Source of the DNA: a virus | Lineage: Duplodnaviria; Caudoviricetes | Virus record (IMG/VR): IMGVR_UViG_3300037423_001658 | Location: 1 to 26,663 of that record | Length of the DNA: 26,663 nucleotides | Reading direction: 5' to 3' (one strand) | In this document: piece by piece, positions 1 through 9,019 of the stretch | How the letters are laid out: each line of letters begins with the position of its first letter | Position numbering within the stretch: position 1 is the first letter of the stretch | Position numbers and translations under genes: made by a program | Notes under the pieces: model-generated | Databases searched by the model: none | What the model saw: the letters and a program-made list of their open reading frames with translations, nothing else | Told to the model about the DNA's origin: nothing

Positions 1-1369
1 CGATCCGGTCCGGCATGCTGGGGCCGTCGCGGCAGATGAAGCTGACCTTAGCCGCGTCAGAGCCGTCCTGCATGTCCGGCCACCATTGATCGACGTCGGC
101 GAACTGCTCGCCAACGCCTATCGTGATTGGGTGCGACCGGATGAAGGAGGGCATGACATCGCCGTCGGCCGTCTTGCCCTTTTCGTGCTCGAACAGCGTG
201 CCGGCGGGGTCGACCGCCATAGGGTAGGGGAACGTCCCCACGTCCGCCCAGCAGGTCCGCGCGATGGTCGCCTTCGACCAGGTGCCGTCGCCGTAATTGT
301 AGATGACGCCGCGGTCGATTTCGTCGGAGTCGGCCGAGCAATAGAAGAACCACACTTCGTCATAGGCGGTGTTGAGCCCGGCCTGGAATTTCGCCGCCTG
401 AACGATGTTGATGTCCTTGAAGACGTAATCGCGCAGCTCGCAATCGAGCGTGCGGACGAGCCCGTCGTAGGCGAAGAAATTATCGCGACCCATCCAGTAC
501 GCCGTCTCGCCGAGGCTGTCGGTGACGACGACGATCGCATGCGGGCCGGTGACGCCCGCCTCTGAGGAAACGCGGTCGCGCGAATAGACGTCCGCGTTGT
601 AGAGCGGAGCGAAGGCGAAGACTTCCGTCCGGGTCAGCCCGAGAATTTGGCCGCGCACCCGCACGCCGCACTGGAACGGCGACCGGACCTGCAGCTCGTA
701 GCCGCCGGCGCGGTTGGTCGCGAGCGGGGTCCAGACGGTGAAATCTTCACGGTCAGACCACTTCACCTGTCCCGGGATGCCGTCGCAGCCGAACATGAAC
801 AGGTGGCGTTCGTCGGACATGCAGATCGCGCGGCCGACCGGCGCACCCGCAACCGCTTCGAATTGCGTGTCGGCTCCGGCCTTGTCGTACTTGTAGAGCG
901 CACCGTCAAAATCGAAGCACCCGAGCAGAATTTGCCCGAACATATCGAAGGTCCAGTTCGACGCTTCGGAGAGGTTGCCAATGCCGGTGCGCGGAGTGCC
1001 GTAGTGGCCGGTGCCATAGACTCCCGCGCCGTAGCCGGCCGCGGCGATAGAGGTTTCAACGCCGGCGACGAAGCCCGCCGGCGTGATGTCGGTGAGGCTG
1101 TCGCTGTTCCACAGGAAGGCGCCCGTGTGGCTACCGATCGCCGCGTAGCGCTCCTTCTGGTCGTTGAGGCGAAACGCTAGGATCGCCCGCGCCTTTCCCG
1201 TAATCGCGCCGGACGTCGGGACAAGTGCCTGCCAGCCGCCAACCTGAGCCGGAACGCCGTCGCGAAAGCGAACGAGATCGCCGTCGACCCAGCGCAGCTT
1301 TGAAGCGCGTTTCGACCGATTAGCGTAGATGCCTGGACTGAAGGCCATTTCGGAGCGGGCGAAGGTCAT
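1..1369 (-). CDS. Virion structural protein, probably tail tube/nozzle (head-closure) type; 3' end runs off the window
   Basis: Absent from the ORF track because it is truncated. ATG at 1369 overlaps the upstream stop (ATGA). It starts MTFARSEMAFSPGIYANRSKRASKLRWVDGDLVRFRDGVPAQVGGWQ and the same frame is open at the window edge (...PDMQDGSDAAKVSFICRDGPSMPDRI). Position after the fibre genes fits a podovirus-like tail module. Confidence 0.75.
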   Translation of the reverse strand, partial: MTFARSEMAFSPGIYANRSKRASKLRWVDGDLVRFRDGVPAQVGGWQALVPTSGAITGKARAILAFRLNDQKERYAAIGSHTGAFLWNSDSLTDITPAGFVAGVETSIAAAGYGAGVYGTGHYGTPRTGIGNLSEASNWTFDMFGQILLGCFDFDGALYKYDKAGADTQFEAVAGAPVGRAICMSDERHLFMFGCDGIPGQVKWSDREDFTVWTPLATNRAGGYELQVRSPFQCGVRVRGQILGLTRTEVFAFAPLYNADVYSRDRVSSEAGVTGPHAIVVVTDSLGETAYWMGRDNFFAYDGLVRTLDCELRDYVFKDINIVQAAKFQAGLNTAYDEVWFFYCSADSDEIDRGVIYNYGDGTWSKATIARTCWADVGTFPYPMAVDPAGTLFEHEKGKTADGDVMPSFIRSHPITIGVGEQFADVDQWWPDMQDGSDAAKVSFICRDGPSMPDRI

Positions 1370-2202
1370 TCGCTCCCCCCGCCCGTAGCGTCCGCCTCGA
1401 GTGAGATGGTCGCCGTGTCGAGGATAACCCCATCGCTCACGCGGCGAATTTCAATCTTGATCGAGGCAAGCGTGGCGGTCCACGTGCGGGTCGTCGACAG
1501 GGCTTGCCATACGCCGGTCGTGCCGGTCGTGAGTGCCCCGCTCAGCAGCGTTGCGCGGGCTTCGAAGCTGCCGGCCGAACCACTGTCCAGCCACGCTTCG
1601 AGCAGCGCCGACGCTGTCGGACCATAGACGTTCCCGTCGGCGTTCAAATTATATTGGCACGCAGTCCCGTGAAGCGACGTGCGGACGAGCGTTTGGTTGT
1701 CGATGCTGACAGTGCCGCTTCCGCCACCGCCGCTCACGACGTTGAGCTTGTGCGTCTTCGTCGCCGTGTCGTTGTAGGACACGCCGCCAATGACCGCCAC
1801 GCACTTGATCGTGCAGGAGGCGGTCGTTCCGGCGGCTCCAGTGTTCGTGAGCTTGATGCTCGCCGTCGCGGTCCCTTGGCCTGAGACGATGGTTGCAGTG
1901 CCGCCGGTGGCGCTCTGGATGCTCCAGACGATCGAGCTGGGCGAACCGCCGGTGAACGCCGCGGTGAAGCTGCTTGTGTTGTTGTTGACCGTGTCGCTGT
2001 TCGTCGCCTTGACTGACGGCGTGACGGAGACGCTCGCGCCGGCGCCGCCACCGCCGACGTCATATGCGGTCTTCAGCAAGCCCGCCGCGTCGCGCAGCTT
2101 GATAGTCTGGACGGTCTTCAGCGCGCTTGCCGCGTCCCGCACCTTCAGCACGGTTCCCGACTTTAGCGCGCTCGCAGCGTCGCGGATCGAAATGGAGCCC
2201 AT
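1366..2202 (-). CDS. Putative tail fibre / receptor-binding protein (278 aa)
   Basis: Thr/Ser/Gly/Ala-rich beta-type composition, two Gly-rich linkers, N-terminal triple RDAAxxLK repeat, located in the tail module. Confidence 0.65.
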   Translation of the reverse strand: MGSISIRDAASALKSGTVLKVRDAASALKTVQTIKLRDAAGLLKTAYDVGGGGAGASVSVTPSVKATNSDTVNNNTSSFTAAFTGGSPSSIVWSIQSATGGTATIVSGQGTATASIKLTNTGAAGTTASCTIKCVAVIGGVSYNDTATKTHKLNVVSGGGGSGTVSIDNQTLVRTSLHGTACQYNLNADGNVYGPTASALLEAWLDSGSAGSFEARATLLSGALTTGTTGVWQALSTTRTWTATLASIKIEIRRVSDGVILDTATISLEADATGGGSE

Positions 2203-2766
2203 CTAGGAGACTTGGATCCAGATATCGCCGGGAAGGGACGTCGGATCGGCCGCTCCAACGGCGGTGATGAAGATGCGGCCGGACGTGAGCGCTGGGTCGT
2301 TGTGGTAGGTGTGAACGCCCTTGCTCGAGCGGACAATGTTGCCCGTTACCGTGTCGCCGACTTTCGCGACGTAGGCCGTGTGCGTGTGCGTCGACGACGC
2401 ATAGCCCGACGCGTCGATCCCATCGAGCTTGTCGGCGTCGAGCCCCGAGCCGGATCCGTCGACGGTGAGCAGCGCCGTGAGAATGTCCGCCGCAGACGGC
2501 GTGCCGCCAAGCGCACCGGAGTCGACCCCGTCGACCGTGTCGGCATCAAGCCCGGAGCCAGGGCCGTCGACCGTCTTGATTTTCGCGAGTACGTCCGCCG
2601 CCGTGTACGATGCCGCATTGAGCTTCGTCGCGACGAGGTCGGCGAGCACTTTCAGCTGCGCGTCGATCGCCTGAAGGTCAGCGTTGAGCTTGTTGCCCCA
2701 GGTATTGTCCGAGGCGCCTTCTTCCGGCTTCGTGAGGTTGTAATTCGGAGTGAAGGTATCGGCCAT
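2203..2766 (-). CDS. Tail fibre proximal/adaptor protein (187 aa)
   Basis: N-terminus [31 protein letters not shown] is typical of fibre attachment domains. Two VDGxGSGLDADxxDG repeats, C-terminal PGDIWIQ motif, SD GGGGGA. Confidence 0.75.
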   Translation of the reverse strand: MADTFTPNYNLTKPEEGASDNTWGNKLNADLQAIDAQLKVLADLVATKLNAASYTAADVLAKIKTVDGPGSGLDADTVDGVDSGALGGTPSAADILTALLTVDGSGSGLDADKLDGIDASGYASSTHTHTAYVAKVGDTVTGNIVRSSKGVHTYHNDPALTSGRIFITAVGAADPTSLPGDIWIQVS

Positions 2767-2774
2767 TGTTCCCC

Positions 2775-3473
2775 CTACCGGCGCCCGTGCGCGGCAATGT
2801 GCAGGTCGTCATAGGGCTGGATGGTCCCGCCGCGTTCGTCGCCGCGCAGCTGGTCGTCGCGGTCCTCCATCCGGCCAATGTGGGCTTCGAAAGCCGAGTT
2901 GTTGCGCTGGGCCTTGGCGTCGTCGTGCAGGAACTCCAGCGCGACGAGCGCCTTCGCTCCGGCCAGGACCGCCTGTTGATGCAGCCCGAGCGTGACGGGC
3001 GGGCTTTCGACGGCGTCCTCCAGGAGGTCCGGGCACTTCGCCTGAAACATCAGCTCGAACCGCGTCGAGGCGGGAGCAATGCAATCGAAGAAGGCGATGC
3101 CGTTGCTGATCGCGTAGCAGGTCGGGATGCCGCCCGCGTTGCCGACCATCTCGCGGAGCTTGGGCATGGGCACCAATTCCAGCGGGTCGGAATAGGGATT
3201 GTCGCCGTTGAAGACGGAGAGCGACTGGACCGCTCCGCACGCGGCCGGAAGGTCTAGCTGGTTGCTGGCGAAGCCGAGCTCAATCGCGCTGGTGATGTTC
3301 TCCAGCCACTGCCATTTGCGGCGGCTCTCAATGTCAAGAATGGAGGCGTGGAGCGCCCGGTCGACAACGTCGTCGGGGATAGCTGTGCTCCCCTTGCGCC
3401 AGAGATCCAGTCGGACCTTGTCGCGGGCCGCAGACCACGTCAGCGATGAAACGCCACCAATGACCCACGGCAT
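2775..3473 (-). CDS. Putative head-tail adaptor protein (232 aa)
   Basis: Size and position downstream of the capsid genes. Helical N- and C-termini flank a beta-rich middle (W.WLE...LPAAC..V; G.P..YAI), as in podovirus adaptors. Confidence 0.6.
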   Translation of the reverse strand: MPWVIGGVSSLTWSAARDKVRLDLWRKGSTAIPDDVVDRALHASILDIESRRKWQWLENITSAIELGFASNQLDLPAACGAVQSLSVFNGDNPYSDPLELVPMPKLREMVGNAGGIPTCYAISNGIAFFDCIAPASTRFELMFQAKCPDLLEDAVESPPVTLGLHQQAVLAGAKALVALEFLHDDAKAQRNNSAFEAHIGRMEDRDDQLRGDERGGTIQPYDDLHIAAHGRR

Positions 3474-3515
3474 ACCCCACGCCTCCCCCTAATCGACGGA
3501 CTGCTCCGCCGCCGC

Positions 3516-3923
3516 TTAGTGCTGCAGCTGGACGTCCGCCGTGACGGTCGCGGCAGCAGCGACGTTAGCGCCGCCGACCACAACCACGACTTCGTCGCCC
3601 GCCTGGACGTCGATCGGACCCAGCGTGTTCGCGTTGGCGTAGCCCGCGGCGCCGCCAGCCGTCGCGACGGTCAGGTCGCGAACGAGCGCGCCGGCGCGGT
3701 AGAGCGACAGCTTGACGGTGCAGCCAGCGCCCAAGGTCGCCGACTGAGCAATGTCCGCGTCGATGATCCGACCCGCACGCGCCACGGCGAACAGTGGGCA
3801 ATAGTCGCCGTTGGCCGGTCCGCCAGCAGCCGGAAAGGCTGCGTCGCGGCGCACGTTGTAGAGGCCGACGTCGAGAAGCGGCGTGATGGTCGCCGCCAGG
3901 AGGAAAGTTGCAACTCGAGCCAT
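3516..3923 (-). CDS. Putative capsid decoration / minor capsid protein (135 aa)
   Basis: Ala/Gly/Val-rich beta protein directly downstream of the major capsid gene, SD GGAG. Confidence 0.55.
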   Translation of the reverse strand: MARVATFLLAATITPLLDVGLYNVRRDAAFPAAGGPANGDYCPLFAVARAGRIIDADIAQSATLGAGCTVKLSLYRAGALVRDLTVATAGGAAGYANANTLGPIDVQAGDEVVVVVGGANVAAAATVTADVQLQH

Positions 3924-3939
3924 GATATTCTCCGTTCTA

Positions 3940-3963
3940 GGCGAGGGGCCGAAACCCCCCGCC
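3940..3963 (-). terminator. Stem-loop after the capsid gene (GGCGGGGGGT-TTCG-GCCCCTCGCC); weak terminator or mRNA stabiliser
   Basis: 10-bp stem with G-U pairs and a UUCG loop in mRNA sense; no U-tract follows. Confidence 0.55.
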
Positions 3964-3974
3964 GCTCACTCAGG

Positions 3975-5066
3975 TCAGGCGTGCGACTTCGCGGCCGTTT
4001 CCAGCGCGAAGGTTGCGAAGTCCGACTGGTTGTTGAAGACCGTCTTGTTGATGCCCCAAATGAGCGTCGCCGAGACGCCGTACCGCTTGCCGTAATCGAA
4101 CGTGCGGTCGGTTGCCTTCAGACGTCCCTTCTCGTCGGTCCCGTTGCCGTAGGCAGCGACCGCCGCCTGAGCACCGAGAACGAGAGCGCGGGCGCCCGCG
4201 ATGTTGCCGCCAGCGCCGCCGTTCGAGAACGTCGGGACGCGGGTCGACTCGATCATGAGCAGATTGCGGTAAACGCCGAGCGTTTCGCCCCAAATGGGGT
4301 TGTCCGCGATCTTGCCGCCCATCATCGCGGCCTTCTGAATGTCGAACCACTGGCCCGCGCTAGTGTTCGCCCGGAGGTCGTTCACCTGGTACGGGTGCAT
4401 GATAACGACGAACAGCTGCTTCCCGTCGAAGGAAGCCGGCCGCATGGTCGGGGAAGCGAGCTTCAGCGCTTCAGCGACGCGGTCGAGGACGGTCAGCGTC
4501 ATCACGTCGCCGACAGCCAGGCCGTTGCGCGCCACGACGCCGGTGCCGCCAAACATGATGCGGTCAGCAGCCGGTGCGGTGAGCGCGTTGCCGCCGAGGA
4601 AGCCCGACGGGTGGTAGTACGACACCGCGGCGCCGCGCAGCGGCATGCCGGAGAGCGCCTCGAAGAACGTCGTGTCGACGTAATCCTCGATCCACTCCTC
4701 GAGCGCGGCCTTGGCTTCGGCGCGAACGTCGAAGATGGTCCGCTGTGCGGAGAGGTTGAGGTCGACCTTGATCGCGTGGCGCTTCTCGCCAAGCGTCAGG
4801 TCGAAGTAGCGGAAGTCCAGACCCTCTTCCTTGCCTTCCAGGGTTTCGTCGTCCTGGACGCCGATCCCGGTCGGAAGCGAGCGCAGCTGGAAGCGGACGC
4901 GGTCGCCCTCGCCCTTCTTCAGCTCGTCCTTCACCTGAACGATCGCGCGATCCGACGTCCCCGACAGCTTGCCGTAGAGGGTCGTCTTGACCGCGTCGTT
5001 GAAGACTTTGCGTGCCCATACTTTGACAGCAAGGGCCGACGCACTCGTGATGGTGGTCGATGCCAT
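3975..5066 (-). CDS. Major capsid protein, N4-gp56 (DUF4043) family (363 aa)
   Basis: Motifs DELKKGEGDRVRFQL, LEGKEEGL, MHPYQVNDLR, WFDIQKAA, RALVLGAQA, FDYG...GINKTVFN. Start moved to ATG 5066 (MASTTIT) because SD GGGAGG precedes it. Confidence 0.92.
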   Translation of the reverse strand: MASTTITSASALAVKVWARKVFNDAVKTTLYGKLSGTSDRAIVQVKDELKKGEGDRVRFQLRSLPTGIGVQDDETLEGKEEGLDFRYFDLTLGEKRHAIKVDLNLSAQRTIFDVRAEAKAALEEWIEDYVDTTFFEALSGMPLRGAAVSYYHPSGFLGGNALTAPAADRIMFGGTGVVARNGLAVGDVMTLTVLDRVAEALKLASPTMRPASFDGKQLFVVIMHPYQVNDLRANTSAGQWFDIQKAAMMGGKIADNPIWGETLGVYRNLLMIESTRVPTFSNGGAGGNIAGARALVLGAQAAVAAYGNGTDEKGRLKATDRTFDYGKRYGVSATLIWGINKTVFNNQSDFATFALETAAKSHA

Positions 5067-5252
5067 GATGTTTGGGGCCTCCCAGCCCGGTCGATGCAAG
5101 AGTTGACGGAGGTTCCCGTTGAGGCTGGGAAGCCGCTGCGCGTTTGAGTGCGCGATCCTCTTGCGACCCGATCAGGCTGGGACGCTTACCGCTGCCCATT
5201 AAGGCCGGGCGTGGCCGCTCGCCGTTTCGCCGGCGGGTGCGGAGCGGTCCTG
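5067..5252 (-). promoter_or_regulatory. Structured RNA leader of the major capsid gene that pairs over the SD
   Basis: Arms 5080-5102 and 5158-5182 are complementary, with G-U wobbles in mRNA sense, and enclose two hairpins. A second branched domain lies at about 5188-5248. Confidence 0.6.
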
Positions 5253-5981
5253 CTATTCCGCGTGAACGCGGTAGAACAGGTCGTCGTCTTTGTCGGTGGT
5301 TTGCTCCTTAACGCGCTGCTGCCGCACCATCTCGACGATGTGCGACTGCGCTTCAGAAGCGCCCCCCGCCGGAATGAGTATCACAGTTACGTCGTCCGAT
5401 CCACAGTCCTGAGCGGCGGCGATTTCCGCATAGCCGTGCAGGATGGAGGGAGCGTCCCCTTCGGCGGCGCCGGCCTCGAAGAAAACGGGAGTAGCACGAC
5501 CATCGGTAGCAAGCAGCCGCTGACGCACGGACTCGAACGAAGCTGTCGATTTCTCCGCTTCAATTCGTCGCAGCCCATCGGGGCTGAGGAGCCCGAGCAC
5601 CGCGTCCAAAGACACACGCCCAACCCGGGCTTCAACCGGGCCTACGGTGCACCTTGCGAACGGGGCGGCTGGAGCGGGAGCTTCCGGTTCATCGGCTGGC
5701 GGATCGACTTCTTCGGGCGCCTCCGGGGCCGGCGCGTCCTCCGTCGTCTTAGTGCTCGCCTCAGTCGGTTGCTCCGCAGCTTCCGGCGCTGGTGTCTCCG
5801 CAACCTGTTCGGGCGCGGGGCCTCCAGCTGTCACCACGTCGACGGGACCCGCGCCTTGCGGCTCGGTTGGCTTCTCAGGCTCAGGAGCCGTCGTCACCAC
5901 GTCAACGGGCTTGGGCGCCGCTGGCTTGCGCTTCGCGGTCGTCCTTTTGGTCGCTGCTTTCTTCCTGCTCGGCTTTGCCAT
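5253..5981 (-). CDS. Hypothetical protein: basic N-terminus, Pro/Ala/Glu linker and degenerate ParB/Srx-like domain (242 aa)
   Basis: SD GGGAG. The C-terminal pattern PVFF...SILHGYAEIAAAQDCGSDDVTVILI resembles a ParB N-terminal domain. Confidence 0.7.
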   Translation of the reverse strand: MAKPSRKKAATKRTTAKRKPAAPKPVDVVTTAPEPEKPTEPQGAGPVDVVTAGGPAPEQVAETPAPEAAEQPTEASTKTTEDAPAPEAPEEVDPPADEPEAPAPAAPFARCTVGPVEARVGRVSLDAVLGLLSPDGLRRIEAEKSTASFESVRQRLLATDGRATPVFFEAGAAEGDAPSILHGYAEIAAAQDCGSDDVTVILIPAGGASEAQSHIVEMVRQQRVKEQTTDKDDDLFYRVHAE

Positions 5982-6043
5982 GCTACTCCCTTTCCCGGCC
6001 GGTCACTCCCTCTGGACGCACCGACCGAAACTTGTGGTTGAAC

Positions 6044-7021
6044 TTACGCCGCCTTCAGCAGCGCATCGAGGACAGCCGGATCGAGCTTGTTGAATTCTTC
6101 GTCCGACATGTTCGCGATTTCGGCGAGTTGCTGTTCGACGGTCTGTGCCCCGCGAGCGCCGCGCGCCGCACCGCCGCCCAGCGTCTTCTGCGGGTCCGGC
6201 GCCGCAAGGCGCGGGTCGATTGGCGTCGCCTGAAAGCCGGGAAGGGCCTCCAGGTTGATGTTCCCGTAGCGGTCCATGATGCCCGCCTTCATCAACCGCG
6301 CCGTATGGCTCGCGAGGTAGAGCGCGATGAGCGGACGGCCGTCGTCGATCGCGTTCACTTCGTCGTCGCTATAGCCGATCTCGTTCGCGAGCTTGTGCAT
6401 CCCCGGCCAATTCGTACCGAAATCGGGAATGTGCGCGTCGGCGAACTGGATCGCCTCTTCGACGCGGGCGGCTTGGACTTCGCTGTCCGCCTCCTGCAGC
6501 TTTTGGTCGACGATAGCCTCGAACAGCTCGGAGACGGCCGCATCGGGATCCTCCCCGACGCGCTGGCGGAACTTCTCCTTGAGGTCGGGGGCGGCGGTCG
6601 CCAGCTGCTCGCGACGAGCTTGGGCGGCACGGGCGCGCTCCGCGATCGCACTGACTTGCGAGCGGGTCCGGCGATTGTCCGCCGCTTCACGGCTGGCACG
6701 CTTGGTCTGTTGGAAGAGCAGCCGCTGCAGCTCCTCCGGCGTCTTGTCCTTGTGCTTCTCCAGGAACGCGGCGAGCTCCTGTTCCTCCGTCTGAGCGGGC
6801 GGCTCTTCGGCGGGCTTCGGAGCTTCAGCGGCCGGTGCCTCGCCGGGCTTGGGCGCTTCGGCCGGCGCGGGATCCGGCTCCTTCGCCTGGCCCGCCGCGG
6901 CGAGCGCCTCTTCGACGGAACCCTCGCCTTCCTCTTCGGCGGGCGGAATCGCGTTCGCGTCCTGAAGCGCGGCCTCCTCCTCGGGAGAGAATTCTTCGTC
7001 GAACGGGGATTTGTCGGCCAT
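6044..7021 (-). CDS. Capsid scaffolding protein (325 aa)
   Basis: Acidic disordered N-terminus, coiled-coil middle, C-terminal NMSDEEFNKLDP coat-binding-like motif; lies between portal and capsid genes. Confidence 0.8.
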   Translation of the reverse strand: MADKSPFDEEFSPEEEAALQDANAIPPAEEEGEGSVEEALAAAGQAKEPDPAPAEAPKPGEAPAAEAPKPAEEPPAQTEEQELAAFLEKHKDKTPEELQRLLFQQTKRASREAADNRRTRSQVSAIAERARAAQARREQLATAAPDLKEKFRQRVGEDPDAAVSELFEAIVDQKLQEADSEVQAARVEEAIQFADAHIPDFGTNWPGMHKLANEIGYSDDEVNAIDDGRPLIALYLASHTARLMKAGIMDRYGNINLEALPGFQATPIDPRLAAPDPQKTLGGGAARGARGAQTVEQQLAEIANMSDEEFNKLDPAVLDALLKAA

Positions 7022-7033
7022 TGGAGCAGTCCT

Positions 7034-9019
7034 TTACTGAGCCACCGACGGCGGCTGGTTGGGGTCGGCGGGGACGGGTGCGCCCGGAGGCGGCGGGAGC
7101 ATCGCCGGCATTCCCGGTTGCCAGCCGGGCGGCGGAAGCATGTTTTGGAGCGTCAGGTGCCACGTGAGCATGCGCTTCCACGCGTCGCGAATGCTCGGGT
7201 TCATCGGTAGCAGGTCGATGAATTCGGGCGGGATCGGCACGCCAGTCTGGATCAACTGCGGAAGCGTCGTCTGCATGACGGTGAGCGTTTCCATCCGGTC
7301 GTTGATCGACGCGTTCGTCTCTTCGACCTTGAGGTCGAACTTGCCCTCGGTCATCTCGAGCGTCGCTTCGACCCAGCCGGCCTTGTCTTCGCCGAGAATG
7401 CGGAGGCGGCGCCCGGGCTTGATGTAGCGCTGCATGTACGCGAGCAGCACCTTGCCGACGTCGAGCTTCGAGCGGCGGTAATTGTCGAAGATCGGCGCGA
7501 GGACGGTCGTCGCCGCCTTCTTCCGCATCTCCATGACGACGCCGGCGTCGGGCGTGCGCTGGCCGGTCATCTCCGTGTTGATGCCGGTGATTTCGCGGAG
7601 CTGGTTGGGCCGCGCCATTGCAAGCTCAACCAGGTGGCGCGGGATCGGCGGCGTCTCGATTTGTTCGGGCTTGCCGCGCGTCGCGTTGTATTCGAGCAGC
7701 TTCCCGGGCTGCGCCAGCTTCGTCTCCCACTCGTTCTTGTTGTGGAAGCTCCCCTTCGGACCCATCCACGAAGCGGTCGGAAGTTGCTGAATTAGCTGGA
7801 TAATCGCCGACTGCTCGACGTTGTGCTGCCGCTGAACGTCGAGCGCCAGCATCAGCAGCCCGTACCAATGCCGCTTGTCCTTATCGAACATCGCGCCGAA
7901 CCGGACGTAGGGAAAGCGCCGCAGCCCCTTGATTTCGTTCTTGCGCTTTTCGAGCAGGACGTCGCCGCAGAAGAACGCCTGATAGAGGCAGCGTAGCGGA
8001 CGCTCCTTCGACTGCAGCGGCGGCGGCATGGGCCCGGGGTCGATCGGCTGCGGACCCAGCGGTCCCTGCTCGAACTGTGGGTTCAGCTTCTGGAGCAGCC
8101 ACGCCTTCTGCGCGGCCGAGCGCTCGGCGCTCAGTTGTTGAAATTCCTCCGGGGTAACTTCGTCCAGGTCGCCGGTCTGCTCGTTCAGGACGACGTGGCC
8201 GGGCTCAATCTGCGCCCACCATGCCTCGACGATCATCCACTGGCGCTCGGCCGCGTCGCAGATTTTCGGGCCCGCCGTTTGATCCGGCGTGAGGTACACG
8301 TCGCGGTAGCCCTTGCCGTCCGTCTCTTCGCCGGGCTCCATCTCCAGCGTCTTCAGCCGGAGCTGCTCGAGCTTCCCGGGCCAGCGGGCGTCAATCTCGT
8401 CTTCCTCGAACATCTGGCCGCGGAAGAAATGCCGCATGTCCTCGCCGGTCGGATTGGTCGACAGCGGGTCGCCCCAGCACTCGTCTTCGTCGACGAACTC
8501 CAGCCGAATTTGCCCGTCGGGATCGCGGAAGAAATCGACGTCGGGAACGACCCAGCCCTCGCCGACGCCAACGCCGGCGCGGAACATCGACGATAGCGAG
8601 AATTCGCCGCCGCACTGTTCCATGACCCACTTGAGGATGCGACCCCAAGCAGCGGCAGAGACGTCGTCGCCTTCCTCCTCGCCGTAGAACTTGAGCTCCT
8701 GGCGGTTGCTGCGCTCCTCGCCTTCGACGGCGGCGAGCATGGTCTGCAGCAGGTTCAGCGTGAGCGTCGTCCGCTTCAGGCCCGACATGCGGTTTTTGTC
8801 CGCTTCTTCCCACTGCTCGTTGGCGAGCGCGGCCCATTCCTTCTTCCGCGCGGCACGCCGCTTCGAGTGGTGGTCGACCGCCTTTTTCAGCAGAGTCCGC
8901 AGCTTTTTGACCAGGACGTCGTCCGGTTGCAGGAACATGCCCGTCGGCTTCGGCGGCTCCTGCCCTTGCGGATCCGTGGTCTGGACGTCTTCCCCGGGTG
9001 CGATCGGTTCGTCGTACAT
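7034..9019 (-). CDS. Portal protein, P22-like (661 aa)
   Basis: QWEE...R..LTLNLL...AAVEGEERSNRQE, GVGEGW, FPYVRF, YGL...D.QRQHN, EITGIN, GKFDLKVE; follows terL. Confidence 0.9.
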   Translation of the reverse strand: MYDEPIAPGEDVQTTDPQGQEPPKPTGMFLQPDDVLVKKLRTLLKKAVDHHSKRRAARKKEWAALANEQWEEADKNRMSGLKRTTLTLNLLQTMLAAVEGEERSNRQELKFYGEEEGDDVSAAAWGRILKWVMEQCGGEFSLSSMFRAGVGVGEGWVVPDVDFFRDPDGQIRLEFVDEDECWGDPLSTNPTGEDMRHFFRGQMFEEDEIDARWPGKLEQLRLKTLEMEPGEETDGKGYRDVYLTPDQTAGPKICDAAERQWMIVEAWWAQIEPGHVVLNEQTGDLDEVTPEEFQQLSAERSAAQKAWLLQKLNPQFEQGPLGPQPIDPGPMPPPLQSKERPLRCLYQAFFCGDVLLEKRKNEIKGLRRFPYVRFGAMFDKDKRHWYGLLMLALDVQRQHNVEQSAIIQLIQQLPTASWMGPKGSFHNKNEWETKLAQPGKLLEYNATRGKPEQIETPPIPRHLVELAMARPNQLREITGINTEMTGQRTPDAGVVMEMRKKAATTVLAPIFDNYRRSKLDVGKVLLAYMQRYIKPGRRLRILGEDKAGWVEATLEMTEGKFDLKVEETNASINDRMETLTVMQTTLPQLIQTGVPIPPEFIDLLPMNPSIRDAWKRMLTWHLTLQNMLPPPGWQPGMPAMLPPPPGAPVPADPNQPPSVAQ

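Noticed and set aside
5067-5252. Self-cleaving ribozyme in the capsid leader (CUGAUCG, GAAA and UUAAUG...GGU AAGC seen)
   Set aside because: The hammerhead CUGANGA core is not matched, and I could not build twister pseudoknots by eye; an Rfam scan would settle it
3519-7210. Long plus-strand ORFs (3519-5147, 5148-6041, 5792-7210) and similar antisense ORFs across the window
   Set aside because: Shadow frames of GC-rich genes on the opposite strand; Arg/Gly-rich with no motifs or RBS
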